From Candidatus Subterrananammoxibius californiae (GTDB taxonomy: Bacteria; Planctomycetota; Brocadiia; Brocadiales; Subterrananammoxibiaceae), in contig JAURAC010000003.1 of assembly GCA_030586555.1 (NCBI GenBank), positions 32,001-96,000 of the forward strand: 64,000 nucleotides of DNA, in the 5' to 3' direction. The position numbers were made by a program, and so were the translations under genes. This document shows, piece after piece, positions 1 through 10,180 of the stretch (the first letter of the stretch is position 1; each line of letters begins with the position of its first letter). A model generated the notes under the pieces. That model saw nothing but the letters and a program-made list of their open reading frames with translations. It did not search any database and had not been told where the DNA came from.

Positions 1-152
1 CCAATAATCGTGTTCAAACCCCATGCCTTCCCATCCCCACTTGAGGGAGGCGTGTTGTGCATTACGCCAGAGGATGCATCTTTATTCTCTAAAAGCAATT
101 CTGGTGAATTTGATTCTAACTCTTTTGAAACTTTTTGTGCTCCTGTATCCAT
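1..152 (-). CDS. 5' part of a gene running off the window edge (MDTGAQKVSKELES...); function unknown
   Basis: ATG at 152, open to the edge, co-oriented downstream of the STAS gene. Confidence 0.45.
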   Translation of the reverse strand, partial: MDTGAQKVSKELESNSPELLLENKDASSGVMHNTPPSSGDGKAWGLNTII

Positions 153-191
153 AATATTGACAAGGGGTTTAAGCCCCTTGTTCTTCTAAGT

Positions 192-632
192 TCACCACAG
201 TGATTGTTTTTCAAGTATGCCAACCTGAGGTCCCAGGCTTGCTCGCATGCTATGTTCATCCCTATAAATACCCACTGTGCGGGAGAGGCCTGTTATCTTA
301 AAAAGATGTTGAATAGGCTCACTGACGTTTACTAATTTCAAATCCTTCTTTCTTTCTCTGAGACATCTTACAGTGGATGCAATAATGCCAATTGCCCTTG
401 CGGAAATATAGCGCGTAGCGCCCATGTCAAGAATAACGTGCTTTGTGCTTTCGCTGAGAATGCCATTAAGCTTATGGGAAAACTCCACGATACCCTCAAA
501 GACTAAATCACCATCTAAAACCAGGACGGGTGAAAAGCAAGTCCCTCGGGTCACCACAGGTGGATGTTTTTCACATTCGTTTTCTAACCTCGCACCCAGT
601 TCCGGGTGTGAAGTAAGTGCATTAAGAGCCAT
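192..632 (-). CDS. Anti-sigma factor antagonist (STAS domain)
   Basis: VILDMGATRYISARAIG...LFKITGL STAS signature; start at MALNAL overlaps upstream stop. Confidence 0.8.
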   Translation of the reverse strand: MALNALTSHPELGARLENECEKHPPVVTRGTCFSPVLVLDGDLVFEGIVEFSHKLNGILSESTKHVILDMGATRYISARAIGIIASTVRCLRERKKDLKLVNVSEPIQHLFKITGLSRTVGIYRDEHSMRASLGPQVGILEKQSLW

Positions 633-2274
633 TTGATAAAATCTCTTTCGCCATGTAAACCCTTGTGCCAACGGTCTCGGACGATTGAATCATTACCCTG
701 TCCATTAATTCTTGGATTAGAAAAATGCCCCGCCCACTTTCCCCGGTAAAGGGTTGATAATTTGTAAAATCTGGTTTCTTGTAGGACTGTACGCTAAAGC
801 CGCATCCACTATCAAAAACTTCAACAATCAGTTCGTTTCCCATTACCTTAAACGTGACTATTATATCACCAGTTTTAACATCTCCACCATGATGGGAACC
901 GTTACTATAAGCGAATAATCTGGCATTTATAATTGCCTCGTTTATTGCGGTTATAATAGCGTGCTCCTTTTGTGGCGTAAGGGCGAACCCTTTCAGAAGA
1001 TTCTCAAGTTTGCTCACGATTCCTCGAAAGTCTTCTGTGGACGCAGGAATAATTATCTTTTCCTGTTTCGGTTCAATGCCGTTCCAATTCAGGTCCACCA
1101 CCGCAACCACCCAATCATTATCAAGGTTGTCCACTGGGAGAGCGCTGGAAAGACTTGTACGAATCTTACGGGCTGTTTCCTTTCCCGTACAGCCCACCCA
1201 ATCCTTCGCGAAGGACTGGCCAGTCTCCTTACTAATCGGCATGGTAGTCAATGAGTCACTACTTAAAAGTATCAACTTGCCTGAGGCAGGCAAAGATGTC
1301 TTTTCCTCTATATATATATCGGGAAATAGGTTCAACGGATAAGGGCTTGATTCCAACGTCGCAATTTTAGCGTCCCCTTGAAGGAGATAGCAGAATAGCT
1401 TTTGACCATGGTTTACATATTCAATGACCCCTTTTTTCTTATCAACCGTGGCACAAAAGAGCGAAACAGGGACTCGGGGTTTTGTGTTGAGGCAGAGGTA
1501 TTTGTTTATTTTCTCAACTACATATTGGGGATGAATGTGGTTATCTGATTCGTTGGGCATCATAAACGGGGCGATTACAGTTCGGAATGTGGTCTTAACC
1601 ATTGTGCCCAGTAGGGGCACGTTGCAACGTGCCCCTACATTTGAGGGTATGCTGCCAAAAATCAAGGCAAACCTTTTTTCGGCAACATCAATAACGTCAA
1701 AAAAGGCACTGCTACCCAATGACGCCTCTTGGGATTGTTCCAAATAGTATGACACGTTTGGTTGTATCAGAATGCAATCAGACGCATCTAATCCGCCTAA
1801 GGGTGATTTCGTTCCTCTCTCAGCCTCGCCAGCATTAGTAGTCACCTTGTATAGATTTTCTGTCCTTGGTTTTTTTTTTGAAACATTCAATATCTTGGTG
1901 ACGATTTCTTTCATTGACTTTACCTTAAATGGCTTGGCAACGAAATCATTAACGCCCAGCCTCATTGCTTCAATCACAGTCTCCATACTTCCATAAGCGG
2001 AAATAACGATAACCTTTGTTAGAGGGTCGGTCTTTTTTATCTCGGAGACCAATTGCAGTCCCGAAAGACCGGGCATTCTTAAATCTGTAATCACAAGGTC
2101 GAAACCCTCGGCATGTGCAAGCTCCAGCGCTTCTGTACCATTTTTGGCAGTAATGACTTCATAACCGTCTTCAGATAAAACCTGCTTTATAGAAAGCCTT
2201 AATGTCTCCTCATCATCTACAAACAGGATTCTTTTTTTTGTGGTTTCGTCTTTTATATTATTAGATATAATCAT
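622..2274 (-). CDS. Response regulator fused to a degenerate SpoIIE/PP2C-like domain and an RsbW-type HATPase
   Basis: REC (FVDDE, DLRMPG, KPF); C-terminal EAIINA, DSGCGF, ESGRGIFLIQELMD. Confidence 0.8.
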   Translation of the reverse strand: MIISNNIKDETTKKRILFVDDEETLRLSIKQVLSEDGYEVITAKNGTEALELAHAEGFDLVITDLRMPGLSGLQLVSEIKKTDPLTKVIVISAYGSMETVIEAMRLGVNDFVAKPFKVKSMKEIVTKILNVSKKKPRTENLYKVTTNAGEAERGTKSPLGGLDASDCILIQPNVSYYLEQSQEASLGSSAFFDVIDVAEKRFALIFGSIPSNVGARCNVPLLGTMVKTTFRTVIAPFMMPNESDNHIHPQYVVEKINKYLCLNTKPRVPVSLFCATVDKKKGVIEYVNHGQKLFCYLLQGDAKIATLESSPYPLNLFPDIYIEEKTSLPASGKLILLSSDSLTTMPISKETGQSFAKDWVGCTGKETARKIRTSLSSALPVDNLDNDWVVAVVDLNWNGIEPKQEKIIIPASTEDFRGIVSKLENLLKGFALTPQKEHAIITAINEAIINARLFAYSNGSHHGGDVKTGDIIVTFKVMGNELIVEVFDSGCGFSVQSYKKPDFTNYQPFTGESGRGIFLIQELMDRVMIQSSETVGTRVYMAKEILSNGS

Positions 2275-2291
2275 TTTCTACTATCTCTGCT

Positions 2292-3671
2292 TTACAACTG
2301 TTCAGATTTCAAACCATACTCTTTAATCTTGTTATACAATGTCGTACGATTTATGCCGAGTATTTTAGCAGCTTCCGTCCTCCGCCAGGAAGTTTCCTTT
2401 AGCACCTTGCTAATAAGCATTTTTTCCATATCCGCCATGGAACGACCTTCCAAAACAGGTTCAGACTTATCTACATATTCTTTCTTTTCTGGACAAATCA
2501 TTACGTGCTCTGGAGAAAGTGTGTCACCGCTTGAAAGCAGCACAGCCCTTTCAATTACATTTCTCAACTCACGAACGTTTCCGGGCCACTCGTAATCCAA
2601 CAACATCTTTTCCACCTGCTCTGAAATTTGGCAAATGTTCTTGCCAAACTCCGTGTTAAACTTCTGGAGAAAATGTTTCGTTAAAATAATAATATCGTCC
2701 TTTCTCTCCCTTAAAGGAGGTATGTAAATAGGCAATACGTTAAGACGATAAAAGAGGTCTTTTCTAAATGTTCCCTGCTTGACCTCCTCTTCGAGGTTTC
2801 TATTCGTTGATGCTATAATCCTTATATCCACCTCAATATCGTTTACCCCGCCAACCCTCTTAAACCTCCATTCCTGAAGTACGCGTAAAAGCTTGGCTTG
2901 AAGAGAAATGCTCATTTCCCCTATTTCGTCTAAGAACACCGTGCCTTTATTTGCAACCTCAAACAAACCAAGCTTCCCTGTGGCTGCGGCACCAGTAAAT
3001 GACCCCTTCTCATATCCAAAGAGTTCAGCCTCAAGCAGGCTCTCCGTAAGTGCAGCGCAATTAATCTCCATAAAGCGATAATCCTTCCTGCTACTCGTAT
3101 TATGAATCGCCCTGGCAACCAGTTCCTTTCCAGTGCCGCTTTCGCCGTGAATTAATACGGTACTGGTGGAACTTCTTGAAACCTGCTTAATGAACCGATA
3201 TATCCTTTTCATCTGTTCGCTCTGGCCAACCAGTACGCCATTCGAGTAACCCCCGTAATCACGTTGTTGCGCCCGAAGTTCTAACACCTCCCTGCGAAGC
3301 GCCTGCGCCCCAAGGGCTTTTGCCACCACAAGCTTTAAGTGGTCAAGCTTAAAGGGCTTTGCCAGGTAGTCATAAGCGCCTAACTTCATCGCTTCTACCG
3401 CAGAATCAATGGTACCATACCCCGTCATTACTATCACAAGCATAGTAGGGTCCTTTGCTTTAACCTTTTCTAACAGGGTCATACCATTCATTCCCGGCAT
3501 TCTCAGGTCTACAAGTATTAGGTCTGGCAGAATATCTTCAATCTTTTTAAATGCCTCATCTGAGTTACGGGCATCTATTACCTCATGCCCTTCCTCAGAT
3601 AAGGCTTCCTTCAAAGACAACCTTATTGTTTCCTCATCATCAACAATCAATATTACTGCCTCAGGCTTCAC
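2292..3671 (-). CDS. Sigma54-dependent NtrC/AtoC-family response regulator
   Basis: REC, GESGTGKE, GSFTGA, FLDEIGE, WPGNVREL, Fis-type HTH. Confidence 0.95.
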   Translation of the reverse strand: MKPEAVILIVDDEETIRLSLKEALSEEGHEVIDARNSDEAFKKIEDILPDLILVDLRMPGMNGMTLLEKVKAKDPTMLVIVMTGYGTIDSAVEAMKLGAYDYLAKPFKLDHLKLVVAKALGAQALRREVLELRAQQRDYGGYSNGVLVGQSEQMKRIYRFIKQVSRSSTSTVLIHGESGTGKELVARAIHNTSSRKDYRFMEINCAALTESLLEAELFGYEKGSFTGAAATGKLGLFEVANKGTVFLDEIGEMSISLQAKLLRVLQEWRFKRVGGVNDIEVDIRIIASTNRNLEEEVKQGTFRKDLFYRLNVLPIYIPPLRERKDDIIILTKHFLQKFNTEFGKNICQISEQVEKMLLDYEWPGNVRELRNVIERAVLLSSGDTLSPEHVMICPEKKEYVDKSEPVLEGRSMADMEKMLISKVLKETSWRRTEAAKILGINRTTLYNKIKEYGLKSEQL

Positions 3672-3845
3672 CGCCTTAATCCCCCTTAATCTCTGAGATT
3701 AAAATAAAAATAAACATCAAGAATTATAGAAAATGTTGAAATATTTGTAAATTAAACAGGCGTCTGTTGAAAAAATCAACACTTTTTTGACATCTTTGTA
3801 CTTCTCCTCACTTTACGAATAATTTTAGCAAACCTCATACCAGTA

Positions 3846-3936
3846 TGAGTTGGGAGTTGAGAGTCGTGAGTCGAGAGTCAAAAAAAACAAAACTCGGAAC
3901 TCCGAACTCCGAACTCTGCACTCTTAACTCGTAACT
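3846..3936. repeat. Inverted pair of 7-bp tandem arrays (GAGTYG.. / AACTCYG)
   Basis: tgagttg ggagttg agagtcg tgagtcg ... aactcgg aactccg aactccg aactctg. Confidence 0.85.
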
Positions 3937-4978
3937 ATAAAATCTTCGTTATCTCATCAACCTTAAACATTGGCAGGTCAACCATCTTTCCTTTGTTAAT
4001 AGCCTTAATGCCCCCCCTCCCTGTCCCTCCCCCCTCAGGGGGGAGGGTAGGGTGAGGGGTAGTTATACTACCGATAATCTCACAATTAATATTATTTTTC
4101 CTGAGTATATCCAAAACCCTTGCGCTGTCCGAAGGCTTACACACGACAAGGAGCGAGCCAGAAGCAATCAAGCCCAAAGGTTCGAGATTATATTTCTCAC
4201 ACACCATCCTTGTCTCTTTAAGACAATACACGGCATCGAGATTAACCGTTAAACCTTTATCCACGAGCTTTGCAATCTCCCACAGCCCTGTGGCTAATCC
4301 TCCCTCAGTCGGGTCGTGCATTGCATGAACCTTTGCCACGCTATTAGCAAGCAGTGCTTCTTTTACAACACTAATACCCGGGTCATGAAGAAGCCTTTGT
4401 GCCTGCTTGACAAATTCCCATCCGTAATCCCTGGATAGTTCTTCCCCCCTTTCCAGTGCAATTAAAGCAGTACCCTCAATCGCTATGCCTTTAGTCAGGA
4501 TAATATCATCGCCAACCTCAACGTTTGTACTGACTACGAGCTTTTCCTTTTCAACCTCTCCGAGCATGTGCCCGACCACGATTGGTCTGTCAAGTCCGTA
4601 TGTAATTTCCGTATGACCACCACAAAGCGTAACACCTAATTCGTCTACCGCACGGGTAATGTCCTGAAATATTCCTTTAACCAGCGCTTCATCCGTCTTA
4701 CCTTCTGGCAACAATACAGAGGCTAAAAACCATTTCGGCGTTGCACCCATCGTAGCGATGTCATTGGCATTAACATTTACCGCATACCAGCCAATCTCCT
4801 GTGTGGCAAAGGTCACGGGGTCTGTCTTAGCAACAAGATACCTTTCCCCAAAGTCAATAACCGTAGCATCTTCACCTATTTTTGGACCAATGACAATTCT
4901 TGGGTCGGTGATTGGATAGCTTTTAAGCAGTTTTTCAAGAAGGTCAGGAGGCAGTTTACCAACTGGAAATTTTCTCAT
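3935..4978 (-). CDS. AIR synthase/HypE-family protein
   Basis: GEDA, TDPVT, NANDIA, GGHTE, MHDPTEGGL motifs; C-terminal PHPTLPPEGGG palindrome insert. Confidence 0.85.
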   Translation of the reverse strand: MRKFPVGKLPPDLLEKLLKSYPITDPRIVIGPKIGEDATVIDFGERYLVAKTDPVTFATQEIGWYAVNVNANDIATMGATPKWFLASVLLPEGKTDEALVKGIFQDITRAVDELGVTLCGGHTEITYGLDRPIVVGHMLGEVEKEKLVVSTNVEVGDDIILTKGIAIEGTALIALERGEELSRDYGWEFVKQAQRLLHDPGISVVKEALLANSVAKVHAMHDPTEGGLATGLWEIAKLVDKGLTVNLDAVYCLKETRMVCEKYNLEPLGLIASGSLLVVCKPSDSARVLDILRKNNINCEIIGSITTPHPTLPPEGGGTGRGGIKAINKGKMVDLPMFKVDEITKIL

Positions 4979-5104
4979 AGTGTTTTTATAGTCCTTGCTG
5001 CCATTTTGAAATATGTAGGGGCGTATTGCAATACGCCCTATGAGTCAGGAGTCATGGGCCGAGAGTCAAGATTCAAGACTCAGGACTCACGACTCAAGAC
5101 TTCG

Positions 5105-5144
5105 CTTTTTTATACCCTTTCCATTTACCAGTTTCAAGTGTATT
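5105..5144 (-). promoter_or_regulatory. Sigma70-like promoter for the leftward operon; exactly duplicated at 6401-6440
   Basis: Minus strand TTGAAA-N17-TATAAA within a 40-bp exact direct repeat. Confidence 0.6.
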
Positions 5145-5387
5145 GTAAGGAATTCAATTATATTAAGGTGGCCACTTTTGATGCTTTTGCCAACCTCTAT
5201 AGTGTGCAGCCGAGAAAAGAATTAAATAACTTTTTTAACAAAAATTTCCAATTTTTTTACGTCGTAACATTTAAATATCTTAATTCTTACAAATAATTTA
5301 CAGAAAATTCCATTAAGTTTTTGACAACTTTTGTTGTTTTTTCTTTACAACATGGTATAATGATGTATAGAAAGGGGGTAAACTATT

Positions 5388-5756
5388 ATGGAGAAAAGGA
5401 AGACATTTGGTAGTTTTTTTAAAGAGAAAAGGATTGAGCTTGGATTAATGTTGCGACAGTTTTGTGAAAAGTATAATTTAGACGCTGGTAATATAAGTAA
5501 ACTCGAAAGAGGAAGGCTGTCGCCGCCTAAGGATGAAATCTTAAAAAAATATGCGAAGCTCTTAAACCTAAAGGAAGGAAACGACGACTGGTATCTTTTT
5601 TTTGACCTCGCTGCAGCTGAAGCAGGAAGGATTCCAAAAGAGCTTAGGGAAAAAGATATTGTAGCAAGAATGCCAGTTTTATTTCGCACTCTTCGTGGGA
5701 AAAAGATATCTAAAAGCAAGCTTGATAAACTAATAAAATTAATCAAGGAATCATAA
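5388..5756 (+). CDS. XRE-family HTH regulator
   Basis: FGSFFKEKR...ISKLERG HTH; coupled to the peptidase gene. Confidence 0.85.
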   Translation: MEKRKTFGSFFKEKRIELGLMLRQFCEKYNLDAGNISKLERGRLSPPKDEILKKYAKLLNLKEGNDDWYLFFDLAAAEAGRIPKELREKDIVARMPVLFRTLRGKKISKSKLDKLIKLIKES

Positions 5757-6373
5757 TGGTCGCCGAGATAAAAGTTCCTTTTATAAACCATGACCAAATA
5801 AAAAATTTTGCAGAAGACTTCCTACAAAAGTATCATCCCGAAGATATAATCCCTATCCCAATCGAAGAGATAATAGACCTCAAATTAAAACTTGATATAA
5901 TTCCTGTACCAGGATTACATAACTTAATTGATACAGATGGTTTTATCACTTCCGATTTAACAAGCATTTTTGTAGAGGACTATGTTTATCAAAATAGGCC
6001 TTGCCGATATCGTTTTACTTTGGCGCACGAAATAGGCCACTTTGTTTTACATAAGGATATTTACATACAACACAAGTTTAATTCAATTGACGGATGGATG
6101 AGTTTCATTGATTTTTTCCCTGAAAAAGAACGCTCTTTGTTTGAATGGCAAGCTAATGAATTCGCCGGCTTGATTCTTGTTCCATCTCGTCATTTAGAGA
6201 AAAGGCTACGATACAACATAAAACGCATTAAAGAGATCGGCATTCAAAACAAGAATATAATTTTTGATCAAACTGTTGAACTATTAGCCCAAGATTTTGT
6301 AGTATCAAGAGAAGTAATTCAAAGAAGAATAAAGAGAGAGTTAGAAAAAGGAACAATCAAAATCGTATTTTAA
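5756..6373 (+). CDS. ImmA/IrrE-family metallo-endopeptidase
   Basis: RFTLAHEIGH (HExxH), EWQANEFAGLILVP. Confidence 0.9.
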   Translation: MVAEIKVPFINHDQIKNFAEDFLQKYHPEDIIPIPIEEIIDLKLKLDIIPVPGLHNLIDTDGFITSDLTSIFVEDYVYQNRPCRYRFTLAHEIGHFVLHKDIYIQHKFNSIDGWMSFIDFFPEKERSLFEWQANEFAGLILVPSRHLEKRLRYNIKRIKEIGIQNKNIIFDQTVELLAQDFVVSREVIQRRIKRELEKGTIKIVF

Positions 6374-6593
6374 ACTTTCCACAGAAAGCATTTTTGCTCA
6401 CTTTTTTATACCCTTTCCATTTACCAGTTTCAAGTGTATTATGATGTTACCATTTTATATATATTAAGATTGACTTTTTTAATATAACTGGTGTATCATA
6501 CCCAAAGTGAAGGCAGGTGAAAAGGCTAAAAGGCAAGAGAGGTCTAATGCCTTTTAACCTCTTAACCTCTTCGCCTCTTAAGAAGGGAAGGCT

Positions 6594-6968
6594 GTGAGAG
6601 TCAAAAGAGTAAAGATAGGAATAAAGAGCCTTAAAGAGTTACTCCAGGACTTCGTTGAAACTGGCAAAGCAATAGAAAGGGGAGAGAAGGTAAAGAAAGA
6701 GGTAGGCATCTATTTTGAGAGTGCAGAGGCATTCAGGAAGGCTCTGACCACAAAGAGGCTTGAACTCTTACGTCTTATAAAGAAACACAACCCTAAAACA
6801 TTGAATCAACTGTCAAGACTCGCCAGCAGGGACTTAAAGAATGTTGCCCAAGACGTAGAACTGCTGAAGAATCTTGGACTGGTGAGTACCAAAAAGGAGA
6901 AAACAGGCAGAAAAGAGGTCTCGCCATCGGTCAATTACGACGCCATAGAACTGATGATAGCGGTTTGA
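6594..6968 (+). CDS. Winged-HTH antitoxin-like regulator (HVO_A0114-like); no partner toxin seen
   Basis: LTTKRLELLRLIK...LASRDLKNVAQDVELLKNLGLV. Confidence 0.7.
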   Translation: MRVKRVKIGIKSLKELLQDFVETGKAIERGEKVKKEVGIYFESAEAFRKALTTKRLELLRLIKKHNPKTLNQLSRLASRDLKNVAQDVELLKNLGLVSTKKEKTGRKEVSPSVNYDAIELMIAV

Positions 6969-7167
6969 TATGTACTTAAAAAGGTGGGGATAGGGTGGCG
7001 CCCGAAAAGGCTTAGCTCCAGCCCAATCTTCTACAAAGCCATAACTTTTCAATCAATTCCCTTAAAATAATTTTCTTGACTAAGAAGGTTTAAGTGTTAT
7101 AATTCGAATGACAATCATGTATTTCTAATACTTATCATGGTATTTTTAAAAAGACGGGGGGAATAAA

Positions 7168-7809
7168 ATGGTACACTTCAATACCGGAATGGTTTGCGAT
7201 GTCGTAGGAATCACCACCAGGCAGGTTAATTATTGGGATAAGACAGGCATTATAAAGCCTTCGATAGGTCAAGCCAGTGGCTATGGTTCAAGGCGTTTAT
7301 ATTCGTTTGTTGACCTGATTCAGTTCAGAGTAGCTAAATCCTTAAAAGATGCTGGCATGAGCCTTCAGAAGATTAGGAAAAGCCTGAGGTGGTTAGGGGC
7401 GCACTATCCAGAGATAAAACATCCTCTTGCAACCCTCAAGTTTTTAACGGATGGGGAAAGTATATTTTTGGTATCAAGCGATAAGAAGGAGATAATTGAC
7501 ACCCTAAACAATGGACAGATTATACTTAGTATAGCACTGGGAAAGCTCATACAAGAGCTAAAGAATAAAGCTAAGACCGTTACTATGAGATGGAAGGAAA
7601 AGGTGGTCTATAAGGATAAAGAATATACCGTACTTGTAGAACCAGACATGGTAGATGGTGGGTATATTGTAGAATGCCTCGACATTGCAGGGTGCTTATC
7701 TCAAGGAGAAACCAGAGACGAGGCTATTGAGAATATTAAGGACGCCATAAAGGAATGCTTAGCAGTTCTCAAGAGGAAAGAAAAAGTTACTAAGGTACAT
7801 TATGGCTAA
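7168..7809 (+). CDS. MerR-type HTH fused to a HicB antitoxin domain
   Basis: RQVNYWDKTGII...RRLYSFVDL; C-terminal GCLSQGETRDEAIENIKDAI. Confidence 0.85.
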   Translation: MVHFNTGMVCDVVGITTRQVNYWDKTGIIKPSIGQASGYGSRRLYSFVDLIQFRVAKSLKDAGMSLQKIRKSLRWLGAHYPEIKHPLATLKFLTDGESIFLVSSDKKEIIDTLNNGQIILSIALGKLIQELKNKAKTVTMRWKEKVVYKDKEYTVLVEPDMVDGGYIVECLDIAGCLSQGETRDEAIENIKDAIKECLAVLKRKEKVTKVHYG

Positions 7810-8035
7810 GCTAAGCAACCTGCCCACCAATAGAGTCCTTAAAGCATTTCAGAGGGCAGGGTGGCAGATAGAAACAACTGGACATAAAAACCCCAAACAT
7901 ACAGTGCTATCCAGAGAAGGGTCTAATCTGATTCTCTCCATTCCGAGACACAGGACGGTGAAAAAAGGATTGCTTTTGAAACTTATAAAAAAAGCTGGTT
8001 TAACGGTATATGATTTCTTGAAATTGTATAAATAG
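7802..8035 (+). CDS. hicA: HicA-family toxin
   Basis: 77 aa, KAFQRAGW, H in beta hairpin, SIPRH, GLLLKLIKKAGL; overlaps hicB fusion. Confidence 0.8.
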   Translation: MAKLSNLPTNRVLKAFQRAGWQIETTGHKNPKHTVLSREGSNLILSIPRHRTVKKGLLLKLIKKAGLTVYDFLKLYK

Positions 8036-8193
8036 AAAAGGGTGGGGATAGGGCTTGAGCACCCGAAAAGTGGCAAAAAAGGATGATTTCAGTATACAAG
8101 CGGTTCTTGCCTGCCTGAGCGATACTCGTAGTCAGGTAGAAATTATTAAAGTTTGAGGTGAAAATTTTTGAAAAGAAGAGAAGGAGGAGAAAA

Positions 8194-8580
8194 ATGAAGA
8201 AATCAGAATATATTATCATGATAATAGCATGCATTCTAATTTTAAGCGGCTGTTGGAGTGTAGGAGAAAAACGGATTATACAAGAAGAAACACTCTCTAA
8301 ATTAGAGATTGGAAAATCTACAAAAGAGGACGTTAAAACGCTTTTAGGTAAACCACTTGAAGTAGATTTTATGACCAATGGGGAGGAGCAATGGAAATAT
8401 ACGTATGCGCATGGGAAAATGAAAGGCACCGCTTTAATACCTTTTGCAGCCTTCGTTACGGATATCACTGAAGAGGAAATTAACACCCTGACAATACATT
8501 TTTCAGAAACAGGTGTTTTAAAAAAGTTTGGTGCAGGAAAAATGGAAAGTGGGTCAGGAAGTGTATTAATTAAAAAATAA
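8194..8580 (+). CDS. BamE/SmpA-like lipoprotein
   Basis: Lipobox LSGC; GKSTKEDVKTLLGKP; WKYTY. Confidence 0.75.
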   Translation: MKKSEYIIMIIACILILSGCWSVGEKRIIQEETLSKLEIGKSTKEDVKTLLGKPLEVDFMTNGEEQWKYTYAHGKMKGTALIPFAAFVTDITEEEINTLTIHFSETGVLKKFGAGKMESGSGSVLIKK

Positions 8581-8758
8581 AATTATGCCTTGCAAGCCAG
8601 AGAAATAGTTACCTAATTAGTGAGCATTAACAAGTAAATAAAGAGAACATCAAAGAGGTAAAACTATATCAGAGGGTGGGGATAGAGTCATTCTCCACAA
8701 GCTGACAATCTCTACCACTGTCTCACCCTTTACTTATGGAGAATTGTAGGAGAGCAAC

Positions 8759-9313
8759 ATGTCAAATCAAGAAAAACCTGCCTATTTTGTTACCGCAGAA
8801 GATGAACTTAAGCAAGACGAATGGTGGCTTTTAAAAAAGATTAAACGCCTACAATATCTTGACCCTGGCAAAACGGTCATGATTTTCTTTGAAGAAAATG
8901 ACAAAGTTTCTTCCAATATGCAAACAAAGCTACTTCACAAATTAAACAGAGAGGGGATTCTTGATTTGGAAATAAATACTGGCCAAACCTTTGATGGTCC
9001 TTCTTTTATGCCTGTTAATTTGTCCACTGGGTTAAATACATTTCTTCCCTCAAATTTTCGCAGTTTCCGTGGATTTCGTTTGACAATTAACCAGCAGAAA
9101 TTTGACAAACGTTATGAGGAACTCAGTCAGACTGAGAAGGACGAGCAGGTTGCCGGGACATGGAAAGAAGGTGCTGTGGCAAGAATTAAGTCTCACTGGT
9201 TGTTTAAATATATATTAGGGAGTGTAGTATTTTTCACATTAATCATTGATTTTTTCACAAATATGATAGGAGTCGTGAGGTTCATAATTAGCTTTTTCAA
9301 ATTCAGCGGATAA
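8759..9313 (+). CDS. Hypothetical protein with a C-terminal TM helix
   Basis: 184-aa ORF with RBS; hydrophobic C-terminus. Confidence 0.6.
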   Translation: MSNQEKPAYFVTAEDELKQDEWWLLKKIKRLQYLDPGKTVMIFFEENDKVSSNMQTKLLHKLNREGILDLEINTGQTFDGPSFMPVNLSTGLNTFLPSNFRSFRGFRLTINQQKFDKRYEELSQTEKDEQVAGTWKEGAVARIKSHWLFKYILGSVVFFTLIIDFFTNMIGVVRFIISFFKFSG

Positions 9314-9318
9314 GCAAG

Positions 9319-9391
<73 letters not shown>

Positions 9392-9548
9392 ATATTTACG
9401 GGTAATGGGTGATAGGTGATGGGTAATAGGTAAATAAATATTATACTACCAACCAACACCCAAAATATCTTAAAAGTTTTTGGGTTACCTTTTTTCAAAT
9501 TTGTGATGAGACCCTTCGCTGCGCTCAGGGTGACAAAGTAAAGGTAAC

Positions 9549-9622
9549 CGCGCCCGGCAGGACTTGAACCTGCAACCTTTGGATTCGAAGTCCACTACTC
9601 TATCCAGTTGAGCTACGGGCGC
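9549..9622 (-). tRNA. tRNA-Arg(TCG)
   Basis: GCGCCCGTAGCTCAACTGGATAGAGTAGTGGACT-TCG-AATCCA...GTTCAAGTCC cloverleaf. Confidence 0.97.
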
Positions 9623-9639
9623 ATACTTCTTTGAAAAAT

Positions 9640-9712
9640 GGTAGATAACGATGTTTACCACCCCTGATTAAATCAGGGGTGATTTCAACGGACATAAAGT
9701 CCGTTGTCTACC
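9640..9712. repeat. GTAGACAACG...CGTTGTCTAC REP-like element; other copies at 11954-12037, 18308-18382, 24499-24581, 28669-28788, partial at 24610 and ~46365-46415
   Basis: Terminal inverted repeats and a shared core CAACGGACATAAAG across copies. Confidence 0.9.
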
Positions 9713-9808
9713 ATCTTTTTTCAAAAAGGTAAGGGGTATTTTACAAAAAACTATTCGCACCTTCAAGCTAAATCCCACCCCCCCTCCTTTCTCCGCTTGG
9801 CGACAAAC

Positions 9809-10153
9809 CTAATTTAACTTTTCGATCTCTTGTGCGATTTCTTGACTTAATTTTTCGAAAGTTCTACTCATACCTGTAACCATGACATCATAGCTACTAC
9901 CACGTAATTTTTCTGTAAATTCTAAGGTACGTGTTACGAACTCTTTTTTACCACGATCGCCGGATATTGTCCTAAGCGCTTTCATAGTAACAGTATCGCC
10001 TGGTATGACATCTAAACGGATTATTTCAATATGAATCCAGTAATTGACAGAATCAGCGGGAATCCAGGGATGGACAAAGACACGGTCCGTCGAAATCAGG
10101 AGAGAGAGGTTTTCGGCAAGAACCAAAGATATATCCTCTTTGAGAGAGCCCAC
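9809..10153 (-). pseudogene. C-terminal fragment of a PqiC/DUF330-like lipoprotein
   Basis: ISLVLAENLSLL...HPW...IIRLDV resembles the PqiC C-half; no signal peptide or N-half. Confidence 0.55.
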
Positions 10154-10180
10154 AAAATTTACAGATTATAAGGAGAATAC

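Noticed and set aside
5006..5296. Small ORFs upstream of the HypE-like gene
   Set aside because: Made of REP, heptamer and promoter sequence
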